Below, in pieces: positions 38,437 through 49,979 of a stretch of 64,000 bases of DNA (position 1 is its first letter; each line of letters opens with the position of its first letter). The position numbers and the translations under genes are program-made. Where the stretch lies: positions 310,001-374,000 of the forward strand of contig JAPEUI010000002.1 in assembly GCA_026025075.1 (NCBI GenBank). The letters are read 5' to 3'. The notes beneath the pieces were generated by a model. That model was not told the origin of the DNA and did no database searches. It worked only from the letters and a program-made list of their open reading frames with translations. Source of the DNA: Vezdaea acicularis. Taxonomy: Eukaryota.

Positions 38437-38822
38437 ATGAGACTTCGAAATGCAGCTCCACTGCTGTTAGCAGTTGGCTTCGGAATTGCGAATGGTAGTT
38501 CGCCTTTGATAATTGCTTTCGAGGTATAAGCTCACAACATTCAAGGTGTGGCAACGTTCGGACCGGCCTTCGAGCAGCAAGCCAGAGAAAGGGCGCTTGA
38601 AAGGTTCGCAATCCTCCGATGACCTTACGAAGGATTTCCGTTATTGATAGCTTTCCCAGGACGAAGGAGGAAGACGGCACAGGAGATTCCGAAAGGGAGT
38701 ACAGCGCTAAGGAAACAGATGGAAGGGGCAAATTCATAGAGGGTTCCTCGGATGCGACTTCAGACCATAGATCGACGAAGATAAATGCTCAGGCTCAAGA
38801 AGCATTAAGCCCCAAGAAGTGA
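38437..38822 (+). CDS. Small N-terminally anchored membrane protein, PIGBOS1-like (95 aa if both introns spliced; 44 aa if intron 2 retained)
   Basis: Exons 38437-38494, 38546-38603, 38651-38822 give MRLRNAAPLLLAVGFGIANGVATFGPAFEQQARERALESFPRTKEEDG...; intron 2 has a weak branch site. Confidence 0.65.
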
Positions 38823-38972
38823 AGTACGATAATATGCGGCACGTTAACTAGTGCCAGTAATACCAATGAAAACTGACGTAGGTTAGTCTTTCAAAAGAAG
38901 CTATCCACGACATGGAAAGACTCCACAAAGTACGATCCATCGAAAACCCCCAAAATGAGCGCTATCCGCAGT

Positions 38973-40087
38973 CTATGAGAAGTCCTCTCCCGCTTCCTCG
39001 ATGCTATTTTTGACTCGTAACATGATTGTTGTCTTCCATTTATCAAGCTTGCTCAGCTTATCGTACTGGAATAAGTGATCAGCGAAGAGCTCTTGGTCCC
39101 CTTGTTCGACAGCTCCAGCAAGGTTTAGTAACAGCTGGCATTCCCGCGTAGGCTCAAAGGTATTATCAAGCTCCCGGTATTGTTCAAGAGCTCGGTTCGT
39201 AGCTACCATATCCTATTAAAAATAAGCAGAGATCTATATTGGAGACACGGGGTACATACGTTTGCTGCCAGATGGCACATTCCTGCTTTCAGGAAGTATT
39301 CCTTGACCGACCACTTCATTAGATTGCTATTGAGGGAGGACTTTGCAACTTTCTCGTAGTTCTCGGTCGCTTTATAGTAGTCGCCTTCCAGCGCCGCAAG
39401 ATCTGCTACCTTTAGATAAAGTTTGTTGGCTAATCTGACGGTTTCCAACGTGGAGATTAGCTCCTTTCACTCGGATTTAGGCTGCGCTCACTCACGCTTC
39501 TGCGTTATCATTTTCAAACCACCCAGCGGCTGTCTCGTATGAATCAATAGCCCGCTTCTGATCTCCAAGCTCAATTTCGTAGACTTCCGCAAGATTTTGT
39601 TTGTGCGTAGCCGCTCTCCTGAAGTTGCCCTTCAAAGTATAATGGTTGATGGCTTGATCTAACACTCTTGCCGCATCTTCTGGATCCGTCTTTCGGTAGG
39701 TCTTGAATGCTTCAACAAGCGTATTTGCTGCATCGTCGGGTTCGTTGAGGTTTTTCGACTGTATTGAAGCAGCTCTTTCAAATGCCATACCGGCTTCCTT
39801 GCCTACAACCGGATTAACTCAGACATGGCGCTCACAACCTTCTGCCGAAATGATTATTCGTCTTGGGTACCTTGCTTCTGCATTCGAAAGGCGTTCGCCG
39901 CCTGTGTATAGAGCTCCGTTGCATTCTCCCATTTCTCCGTACGCCCTCCAAACAGACTAAAGCCACCTCCAGCACCTTGCGCGGCTTTATCTGCCTTTCA
40001 AGCTCAAGTCAGCAGGTATCATAGCGATGGAGGGGTAGGGGGACGGGGGTCTACCTTCTGGAGAAGGACTCGAGGGTCTTGTGCCAT
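38973..40087 (-). CDS. SEC17: Alpha-SNAP vesicular fusion protein Sec17
   Basis: MAQDPRVLLQK|ADKAAQGAGGGFSLFGGRTEKWENATELYTQAANAFRMQK, GNFRRAATHKQNLAEVYE, MKWSVKEYFLKAGMCHLA, KLDKWKTT..EAGEDFS*; four introns. Confidence 0.96.
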
Positions 40088-40352
40088 GCTTACGGCAGAT
40101 ATAGAATCTTAGAGTGAGATATAACGACCTAGAGCAATCACAAAACAATGTCAACAGGCGCTCTGTTGTGTTGTAAAACTATATTTATAGGTTCGGACTT
40201 CATGTACTTCCAGTGATGAAGCAACCTACAGTAAGCGAGGGGCAGCTCCGCGAATAGCCTTTGACCTCTACCAACTAGGATGAAGTAAAGGTTCGCCGCC
40301 CACGAAGTTTGGTGACATAGAATGCTTTCTAATACTGATTAGGTTCACCGAA

Positions 40353-40952
40353 ATGAGAGCGCCAAATTGCCGGGTGTGGAACAAGAAGCCGTTTAATAGA
40401 GCGCGGAGCTCTCCCCGTCTCATAGGCCAAAGATTGGCGCCGCGGTACAGCTCTTCCTCCCCCAAGGAATCAGAAGACATATCGGCGATGCTCTCGAGGC
40501 CAAGTTGGTCGGTCCAGTCGCTGCTTCCATCATCTTTGGAAGCTTCCGAAGCTCCACCTGTCACATCGAAGCAGCTGCATCACCTTCTTCAATTATCAGC
40601 TCTACCGCTCCCCAAAGACCAGGCCGAGGAAGAAGAGATGCTTCTGACTTTAAGATCGCAGCTTCACTTTGTCAAGGAGATCCAGAAAGTCGATACGAAA
40701 GGAGTAGAACCTTTGCAGAGTATTCGGGACGAAACTGAGGTAGCACGGAAGGAGAGCGAAGTCACATATGAGGATTTAAAGCACATCCTAGATAAAGAGG
40801 AACGAATAGCTGGAGGCTGGCTCATTCGGCGAAAAGAGAAGGACGCAGTCAACGCGAGCGAGGCAGAGGATTGGGACGTCTTGGGACAGGCATCAAGAAA
40901 AGTCGGCAGGTTTTTCGTTGTCAAGAAGGGAGCTAATAGCGATCTTGCATGA
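40353..40952 (+). CDS. Mitochondrial Glu-tRNA(Gln) amidotransferase small subunit (GatC/GatF, Gta3-like)
   Basis: Presequence-like N-terminus; PSWSVQSLL, LHHLLQLSALP, QLHFVKEIQKVDTKGVEPLQSIRDET, GRFFVV motifs. Confidence 0.8.
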   Translation: MRAPNCRVWNKKPFNRARSSPRLIGQRLAPRYSSSSPKESEDISAMLSRPSWSVQSLLPSSLEASEAPPVTSKQLHHLLQLSALPLPKDQAEEEEMLLTLRSQLHFVKEIQKVDTKGVEPLQSIRDETEVARKESEVTYEDLKHILDKEERIAGGWLIRRKEKDAVNASEAEDWDVLGQASRKVGRFFVVKKGANSDLA

Positions 40953-41154
40953 AACCCTCTACATTACGAGCGATTATTCAGGGTGAGAGACCGTTCAAAT
41001 AAATAGATATAAGGCCTTCCTCCTCCCCTTTTCGCAAGGTGCAAAACGAGGCTCCATGATCAGATACAGCTCCCAATAGATATCCCGCCTGCTACCTGTC
41101 GCTCTATGCTAGATATCTCCCAAACGCCAATGCTTCACACGCTAATCTCTATAT

Positions 41155-41952
41155 TCAAAAGGTGACTCGCAGGACCGAAAAGAGTAGGTTGATGCAAAAT
41201 CCTGTCAACACTGCCATCTGTCTTCGACGAGTCCATACCCCCTCTTCTCGTAAGAGCCATAGCCCTGCACCGAGTGGCCAGAAGAATCCCATAATGTTGC
41301 CCCATATTAGGTCATCGTATCCGCTACCTTCAATATCAAAGGCTCCTCCTGACCCATCAATCGTGTCAGAACCTCCCTCATTGAGCCATTGTTCTTCTAA
41401 AACACGAATTTCGGCTGGTGATGGCATATTATCCGGCGTATGGGAGTGTGCGAGGACAGACATGAACTGAGCCCGTAAGGCAGAGATTTCGGTTGGGGTA
41501 AAAGACGCCGTGAGGAGACGATCAAATCCGAGTAGAGGCGGCGGTATCGTCGTGCCATGGGGACGCGGGGATGTGTTACGAGTAGATACTGTTGAGCTTG
41601 CAATTTCCGTAGCAAGCTCGTCGGGGCTCAATGTATCTCCAATTGAGCAATGAATCCAGAACTGAGAGGGCCCCATAGTGTCGACGGCTTTTGCCTTTCC
41701 CTTTCCCTTTGGATCATGATTTCGTGACGGCAATCTTAGAGCTTCACTAATCAAGACGTCATCTGTAAGAACTTTGCCATTATATATGAGCCTAAGCCGC
41801 TGAGTCCCAGTTTCTGCAGGCCTTGATTTGCGAATCTCTTGCTTCAACGATAGCGGCGTGCTTGTATAAGCTGAACTAAGGGTGATCGGGAGGTCGGGGA
41901 GAGCAGATGCAAAACGTATGACAACTTGTATCGGCGTGGTTTCGGACTCCAT
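41155..41952 (-). CDS. DSC3: DSC E3 ligase complex subunit Dsc3 (ubiquitin-like N-terminus, C-terminal TM hairpin)
   Basis: VVIRFASALPDL, LRLIYNGKVL, IHCSIGD, GFDRLL..FTPTEISALRAQF, LEEQW, GFFWP, WTRRRQMAV. Confidence 0.88.
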   Translation of the reverse strand: MESETTPIQVVIRFASALPDLPITLSSAYTSTPLSLKQEIRKSRPAETGTQRLRLIYNGKVLTDDVLISEALRLPSRNHDPKGKGKAKAVDTMGPSQFWIHCSIGDTLSPDELATEIASSTVSTRNTSPRPHGTTIPPPLLGFDRLLTASFTPTEISALRAQFMSVLAHSHTPDNMPSPAEIRVLEEQWLNEGGSDTIDGSGGAFDIEGSGYDDLIWGNIMGFFWPLGAGLWLLREEGVWTRRRQMAVLTGFCINLLFSVLRVTF

Positions 41953-42414
41953 TCCTGGTGCTCCGGTGACTTTGGGGCATTGCGATATTAAAAGGTGACG
42001 TAAACGCTAGGTGCATTCGTATGTGAGAAATGTCTCTCGAAACTGCATAAAAGTTCTTCCAAGCGGGAAAATCCCCCACTCTCACGTGTCAGCTTTAATT
42101 TAACAGATATGGATCCAGCATAACATAAGAAAGCTAGTGTACTGAGTGGACGGGAGGGCCGGAAGAGTTGAAAGTGTTTATAAGCTACGTTACGCTGGAC
42201 CCCAACGTAATATCGCTGCGTGAAATATGATTCCAGTGGTCATCATATCCATCTTCGCAAGGCTACGCCCGTAACTTTCTCATTCACGTATGAGCGAGTA
42301 TATGTAATATATCGGTAGCGTCAGCACATTATTAACATCAGCGCCGCTGAGAGCCTTCAGCTTGTCCTACATCGCTCCTCCCTCTCACTACGCGAACCTA
42401 ATTTCTTAGCCAAC

Positions 42415-42849
42415 ATGACTATTGTACACATTCTATTGATACAGTTCAAGCCGACAACGGAGCTCGCAATAATTGAAGAGGTGAGCTTTAGTTTCACTCT
42501 TTTTGTCAAGACTGATGGGTATCCAGCGATGCCGAGCCATGCTGGCTTTGAGCAGCTTATGCGTACGACCAGACAGCGGGGCATCATACATCAAGTCAGT
42601 AACGGGGGGGAGGAATAACAGTCGAGAGGGGCGTCAAGTAGTCGAGACCCTCTTCGATCATTCAGATAAAGTCCGACGCTGACGATACCCTAGGGAGGCA
42701 TGTCCCATGCTTTCGTCGTTGAGTTTGAGTCGGAAGAGGACAGGATTTATTATCTCGAGAAAGACCATGCCCACCTAGATTTCACAGAAAAGACAATACC
42801 TCACACGCAGAGGATAATGGTGGTAGATTATACACTAGGCGTGATCTAG
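42415..42849 (+). CDS. Stress-responsive A/B barrel (Dabb) protein, 3 exons
   Basis: MTIVHILLIQFKP|RCRAMLALSSLCVRPDSGASYIKSVTGGRNNSREGRQ|GGMSHAFVVEFESEEDRIYYLEKDHAHLDF..VVDYTLGVI*. Confidence 0.85.
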
Positions 42850-42982
42850 AAAGGGGCGGTAGTCCACTCACCCAGGAGGTACTCTGTAATGTGCACTTCC
42901 AAAATTCAATGCCTTCTCCAAAATGCCGCTCATGGTGATTAATACCCCCGTCGCTATGCAAGACGAATCTGTAAAACTGCTA

Positions 42983-43811
42983 TTAAACCATAAAGGATTC
43001 TCCACAGCCACATTGTTCTTCTGATCCAAAGTCAGTATAGCCCATGACAGCCAGTCTTGTACGTGAACTCACTAATATTTGGATTCCGAAAGACGAACCG
43101 CCTATTAAGCTTGTCCTCAATCCAGTCCATCTCGCTTCCAATGATGCTAAATAAGGCTTTCGAATCTATAAGGACTTTGACTCCGTCTTGTTCAACTGAT
43201 TCGTCGAAGGCGCCTGGCTTCTCCACATATTCCAAATGGTAGGCTAAACCGCTGCATCCTCGATTCTTTACTCCTACCCGGATCATCTTAGGTTCGGGTT
43301 GCGAGAGCAGGGAGCGTAATTGTAATGTAGCGGAGGGCGTGAGAGTCATAGCTGCCTTTCTAGGGCGAAGCTTTGTCCTGCGTTGAGGCTTGGATGGGCT
43401 AGTTGATAATTCGGGTGATTGTGCTGTTAACGTTGGCTTGGATTCCTGTGCTTTGAGTTCTGGTAAATTGACGCTTGGTAGTTCATGTTGATCGTTTATT
43501 GCATCGCTTGTACCACGACCGATTATATTTGGCGCCCGTGTCTCATTCACCTCAGGAATCCCCCCAGCGATGGAGGTGTTAGGAATGCCGCTGTTTCGTG
43601 GCGGCACAGGTAGCGAGTCGAGGGTATGAGGCCGATGAGCGGTTATGGTTTGCAGTTGCCTCCTTGAAGATGTTGATACCGGCTGTGAGGAAGAGAATGT
43701 GCGCAGCGCATGTGTGCATGGCCTTGAGCAAGAGGTTGTGGATGCGGAGGCGAACCGAGAAAGCAGAGGCTGCGATGATGTCAAGGGTAATAGAAAGCGA
43801 GGAATAGACAT
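42983..43811 (-). CDS. ISA1: A-type Fe-S cluster assembly protein Isa1
   Basis: RVGVKNRGCSGLAYHLEY, LFSIIGSEMDW, FRNPNI then intron 43021-43072 and KEQCGCGESFMV*. Confidence 0.95.
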
Positions 43812-43975
43812 GTTTAGAGAGAGTCTCTAGATCTCAAGGGTTTCTGAAAGGCTTATAAGGTGAAGAAAACAAAAGGCAACCACTTCTGCATATGATCACA
43901 CAGATATTAGAAAAGTCGAGAAGAATAGGAACTTCGATCCTTATGGCACTGCCGAGCGGCGGATGTTCCCACGGT

Positions 43976-43997
43976 CCAATCACGTCAATGGTGTTAC
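43976..43997 (+). promoter_or_regulatory. Candidate CBC:HapX bipartite site upstream of ISA1
   Basis: CCAAT(43976-80)-N12-GTT(43993-95) with overlapping TTAC, 165 bp from the ISA1 ATG. Confidence 0.4.
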
Positions 43998-44306
43998 TAC
44001 TCCAGTCTTCCGAGGCTGAAGTGTAACTCAATCACGGAATATTCACAGCTACCTTGAGTCTCAAAATGCGAACGTGATTTATGATTGTACCTTGAGCCTC
44101 GAGAATTATTCATAGTGCTTTCCATCCGTACCATGCTGTGACCCGCCAAAACAAATCGCACGTGAGCCTTTTAAGAGCTGCCTTCGCTTCATTTGATTTC
44201 TTGTAAAAGCAGAGTCTTGATGCACCCGTTCAAAGTCACCCTTTAATCTTTTGAAAGTTGCGATGTTCCGGAGTTCTCCCCTATAGCAGTCATGCTGGTC
44301 TGAGAG

Positions 44307-46563
44307 ATGGAACCATCTCCACTGACCCAACAGGTCAGACCAGAGGCTTTCCAACAAAAGGTCGTTCAGCTCTACGAAGATTTATTCAAGGTAACACCAA
44401 CTTGTCAAGAGTGAACTACTTCTCAGCCTCAACTTCGTTCTGATGGCCTATACAGAACGTTGACGACGCAGATAAATCGGAGGGTTTTTGGCGCGAGCTT
44501 TTTCTCCTTCGACCTGACCCCAGCAGTCTTCGGCGCATACTTGTGGACCTCACAGCAGATGACCTTCTCGATCTCCAGGTACCTCGAGGGAATCTTTCTT
44601 TCAGAGTGATGTATATTTGATCTAACGCCCCTTAGTACCGCACACATTCTCTTTTCTCCCGTGCGATAGATCATATCAAAGCCAGCAATGCGCCTTCGGA
44701 TGAGATTGCTCTGGATGTAAGATAATATCCATTAGTACGAGCACACACCCACAAGCTCACAAACCAGACCTTAACGGTTTTCTTAGGGGGCGTCTTGACA
44801 AAGAAATTTACGAATCCCAGCTCCGACGTAATTGCAATATTAGCAGGTCTGGACGAGATTGATGCGGTCTTCGCCGATTTTGTCGCAGCACTGGACAACG
44901 TGATACGTAATGGAAGAAGCTGTGCGTCTGTCATTCCTACGGTGTTTTCCCAGGTCTGGCTGATTCAAATCATAGTGGAGCTGCGCAAGAAAGCCGTACA
45001 GACGACTCTCTCGGTCGTTGCTGGCGCTTACCAGACAGGCCTACTCTCTTACTTCACTCATCGTGATTTATTCCCTTCTCTTATGAAGGTAGGCGCCCGC
45101 GACCTGTTTTTGATTCCCTTCCTAATGAAGCCTTTAGTACATACAGGAATGCACAGTCTCTAGCAACGCGGAGGAGCCTTTCACTCTTCTAGGATTACTA
45201 GTAAATTACAACAAATTCGAGTTCCAAAACCCCTATAGGCTGAGGTTGGACGACTTCGTCAATGAGAAGATTATTCAGAAGATCGTCAATTGTGTCGGAG
45301 AGGTCTGTGCCTCAAGCAGGGATCAGTATGTTGCTACGCAAGATGATGCGCCTGAGAGCTGGGGTATTGGGAGTACGTTGACCTCGATTGGCCTTGGAGT
45401 TTTGGTTCCGGGTGCAAGGGCTGCCCCACAGGTAATGAGCCCAGAAGCTGCAAAGGCGATATTCATGAAATTGTGAGTTCCACATATTTTCACTTAATTT
45501 CCACCCCGCTAACCATCCTCGAGACCCAAGCATTCTGCGGCCATTCTACTTGCAACCTATGATTTCACTAACGCCAACAAACTCTTTTGCTTCAATTTTG
45601 CTACTCAAGTGGCACAAAAGCCATCCCGAGAGCCACCATTCTCCTCTTTCCTTTCCCTTACATCATATCTTCTCCAACATGCCCACCGCCATAATCGAAC
45701 GGCTTTCTACGCGTATCTCAATATCATCATCATCCGCATACTTTTAGAAGATCAAATCCTTTGCAAGCGAATATGCGAAGACGGTAGCAAGACCATTGTA
45801 AGGCTATGTCGCCAACGGCAGCCATACCTTCCTGTCGTAAGTGGCGAGCGTGTCTTAGCAACTGTGATATTAGACTTAATGATTGACTGCATCAATCACA
45901 ATTTGCGACGCCGTTTAGATGTTGAACTGTATATGTAAGCTGCTACCCTGTAAGTGATTATCAATGTTACCTCTGACAAGTATTAGTATCTGCCTCGGCA
46001 TTCTCCAGCGTTTGATATCACATCTGTCTCGCTCACGCACAAGGCTATTGTATCACTGGTCGGAGCTCTGGCGGACTCTCTTATCTTTTATTCGCTTCCT
46101 CACGTCATATACGGACGATCTACGAAAGATCTCGGGCATCTACACTCTTCTCGACTCGCTCATCAACCTGATTGCGCTTTCTCTGTCCTCAGGAGATGCG
46201 TTCCTTCCTGGCCCATCCGATTACGATGACCTGTTCTACAAACTCGTGGAAACAGGCGACACTTTATCTACTTTCCGCGACGCCTATGAGTTGGAGAATC
46301 GGCAAGGGAGCAGTTTGCCGACCTTGATAAATGTGAGTAGTCATTATCACGAATTACTACAGAGCAGCAAGGAGAAAGCCCGAAACAAGCATATGAGTCC
46401 AAAGCAGGTGTCGGAGGTGATCAAGAATGGGTATGAAACTCTTTCAATCAAGGCCAAGGAAGGGCTAGACCAGTGGGATCGGTACAGGGAGGCAGATTTC
46501 AAGCCAGTGCTAAAGAAGATAGCTAGAGTTGCTGTAACGGATGTCCGCAATTTAGATCATTGA
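44307..46563 (+). CDS. Armadillo-like helical domain protein (ARMH3/UPF0668/DUF1741), 8 exons
   Basis: MEPSPLTQQVRPEAFQQKVVQLYEDLF, FWRELFLLRP, NYNKFEFQNPYRLRL, LCRQRQPYLP, INHNLRRRLD, YHWSELWRTL, YDDLFYKLVE, IKNGYETLSI. Confidence 0.85.
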
Positions 46564-46771
46564 GTGGATACCAGCGGTGGCGTTAGGTGTAAGCATTGCG
46601 TATGAATTTAGCGACTACTAGCTACCGCCTGCGGACGTTCGCAAAGTTAAGATACCTCAAGTAGAAGCCGGCGATGTCAATGGTGATTTTATGATACACG
46701 AGGATTATGAGTCTCTCTTTTGCGCTGCCGCAACCTCTCCAACGCCATTCCAGCCAAAACCGCGCGTTCAC

Positions 46772-47576
46772 TCAGCGAAACTTGCTAACGACAACCGCGA
46801 TGATCAAAAGCACCAAAACTGTGATGATCGCTATTGTTATAATCCGATTTGTAGCCATCCTGTAATCGATGTTAGTAAAGACCTTCACTCCAGACCACAA
46901 GGGTGATTGCGTAGGAGGTCTCAGTACCTACGCGCCATTCCTCTCAATGTCTTCACACTCCTGTCTACGTAGCCCTCACTCTCTAATAGGCCTTCTCTCG
47001 TATGTGTAATTACTTCCCTCTGCCGGTGTAAGTCTGCTAGTGTCCCTGCCCCAATGCCTTCCGTTTCTAGTGCCAGCCGGTGGCTCTCCTCGAGCCGGCC
47101 TGTACTGCGCTGCAATCGTTCTGTGCCAGAGAGCAGCTGTTGCCGACGTTCTAGCTCTGCATCATTAGGCGGTGTGTCTGTGTACCGGTCCCCAAAAAGA
47201 GCAGCACGGTTGGATGATTGCAGCTTGAGTTTGCGCTTCGCCGCGTCGATGTCGGTTTGGTGGTTCCGGAAACGGGCGTTGATCTGAGGTCGGGTAGATG
47301 AGGGTATATTCTGCTTTTCTAGACGCATTTGATCAAGCTATGTACTTGTCAGTAGTCTAGAAGTATGTATCCGTCATCCAAGCTTAATAAGCATACAATT
47401 TCATTTGCTTCATCAAGCGCTCGTTCAGCTTGTCCGATGGCAGCTTTTCTGGGCTCGCCAGTCAGTTCTGGGATTTGATCGAGCTTTTGTGAGAGGTCAG
47501 CTTGGATAAGCTTTAGCTCTGCTTCGTAACTGGAAAAGAGCTCAGAGCCTGCATCTGTGTCGAGAGGGTTCGACAT
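46772..47576 (-). CDS. VTI1: Qb-SNARE Vti1
   Basis: MSNPLDTDAGSELFSSYEAE Habc start, SNARE coil (RQQLLSGTERL..ETEGIG..DLHRQRE), final exon MATNRIITIAIITVLVLLIIAVVVSKFR*. Confidence 0.95.
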
Positions 47577-48176
47577 AATGATATGGGAAGTCGTAGAATG
47601 CCCGGGCTCTAAGATACTAAAGGCTGGTATATCTTGAAGCTATTGAAAAAAGGCGCCAAGCGAACAGAACAAGCGGGCTCCGCTGACAGCCAGGTAGATT
47701 ATGTTGGTCACGGGTCGAGATATGATTTATGAGGCAGAAAGCGAATAGACTTATAAAGGCAGAGGCGGAAGGTCGTGGCTTGATGGTAATCTAAAGTCGA
47801 GTCGATGCGACTGCGTAACCAGTTGATCGTTTCGTCAGCCTTCGTCAGCCTCGTGACTTTCTTTCGACCTTGGCACCCGCCACCACCTTGTTCTACCCAA
47901 CAAAGCATTGTATCAAATCTACAGGAGCGAATTAATTTCCTTTATATTTTTGTGGAAATAATTGTACACATAGGATTTTCCTCAGTGAAAGGTTTCATTT
48001 ATGATATGAAATCCATTCTTTGCCGCGTTCTCATGTTCATACTCGTCATTGATGGTTCCTTCGGGCAAGTGTCTACCAAGTCACTTTTCAAGGTCTTATT
48101 AGGGCCTGTGAAGAACGGTCCATTTCTTGTTAAGAATACGAAACCATCACTTCTCCTAAGAGCTCTATCTTAAACA

Positions 48177-49845
48177 ATGCCACGTAAGAGGGTCGCAGTG
48201 ATTGGGAGCGGCTGTTCTGGTCTCGGAGCATTATGGGCTCTCAAAAGTACTAACCATGAAGTGCATCTCTTCGAGGCGAATGACCGTTTTGGTGGCCATA
48301 CCAACACTGTGGCGTTCAAATACAACGGAAATGAAACGCCAGTAGATACAGGATTTATTGTTATGAACTCCGCTACATACCGTCAGTCCTGACAATCGGG
48401 TTTTCAATCATATTGGGTTCTAATGATATGTAGCAAATTTTATATCCTTTCTCAAGGAACTTGATGTTCCAACAGTCCCTACTGAGATGACCTTTGGAGT
48501 CTCAAGGGACGATGGATTGTTCGAGTGGGCCGGCACCTCGCTATCATCAGTGTTTGCTTTGCGTTCCAATATATTCAGTCTTCGGATGTGGCGCATGATT
48601 TTCGACGTTCTCCGCTTCAATCTCTTTGCCTTAGACCTCTTACGGGAAGAGAACAAGATTGAACATGTAGATCAGAGAGCTAGCCCTAAGGAAATCTCCA
48701 AATCACGACAGGAACTGAGTATTGGCACGTACTTGGAACAAAACCATTATTCAGACGCTTTTCGCGATGATTACTTGATACCCATGACTGCCGCAGTATG
48801 GAGCACGAGCCCAGACAAATGCTCACTGGAGTTTCCAGCAGTGACATTAATCCGCTTCATGTGAGGGGGAACCTGTCATGTTAGGGAATACGAGTGCTGA
48901 CCTTCCTTATAGGTGGAACCATCACCTCTTAACAGCGATAAGCGCGAGACCAACCTGGATGACGATCCCGGGAGGGTCCAAGAATTATGTTAACAAAGTA
49001 CTCAAGGGATTTCCTGAAGAGAGACTTCATCTATCTACGAAGGTCGAATCAATAGAACAGCTCCAAAGTCAGGTTTGGCAGCTGAAAACCTCAGAGGGGC
49101 CGATGGAGGGTTTCGACCATGTAATCCTTGCTACCCATGGTGATCAGGCACTAGCTATACTTGGCGAGAATGCGGCTCCCAAAGAGCAAGAAATACTTGC
49201 CGGCTTTACAACAAACAAGAATACTGCAATACTTCACTCTGATCTGAGCGTAATGTGAACCCAAGCCAAGAAATTTTGTCGGAGAGCTGACAAACTTAGC
49301 TGATGCCAAAACGAAGAGTAGCATGGTCTGCTTGGAATTATATCACAAAGTCTTCTCCGACTTCCGCAAACATCGATCAAGTATGTCTGACATATTGGAT
49401 GAACTGCCTCCAACATATTTCCAATGAGAACTTCGGGCCAGTCCTCGTTACGCTAAATCCTTTACATCGGCCTTCACCTTCATTGATCCAAGGGGAGTGG
49501 TCGTATTCACATCCTCTTTATAATGCTTCTGCCATTCGTTCACAGTCCCTGCTGCCTGAAATCCAAAATGCTCGAGGCATCAGCTATGCTGGCGCTTGGA
49601 CCAAATATGGCTTCCATGAAGACGGATTTTCAAGTGGTCTTAAGGCTGCCATCGAGCATTTAGATGCTAAGATACCCTGGGAATTTGTCGATTCAACATT
49701 CTCGAGGGGCCGCAGTCCTGTCTTGACTCTAAAGGATAGAGCACTTAGGACGGTCCTGTCTCTCATTCAAGCCATCATTGTGTCGATGATCTTCTTGAAG
49801 TGGTATAGCGGGCAAATGCTCGTACGACACAAGAAAGTCGATTAA
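48177..49845 (+). CDS. FAD-dependent oxidoreductase, amine-oxidase fold (COG2907-like), 4 exons
   Basis: RVAVIGSGCSGL, FEANDRFGGHTNT, VDTGFIVMNSATYPNF, EMTFGVSRD, WSAWNY, LTYWMNCLQ, YSHP, AGAWTKYGFHEDGFSSG. Confidence 0.88.
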
Positions 49846-49979
49846 GCTCGTTGCCTTTCCTATAAACGTTGTACAACTTTGAAGGGGTATTAGCGTTTTA
49901 GCGACAAAACTAGATCTGAGTGCTTGGCATCTAAAGGATTGGCGTTGAAGTATATAGACAAGGCACAAACATATCATCT

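Noticed and set aside
6605..47576. Functional cluster of mitochondrial or membrane-trafficking genes
   Set aside because: Both categories are large among core genes and are interleaved with unrelated genes; no enrichment test possible here.
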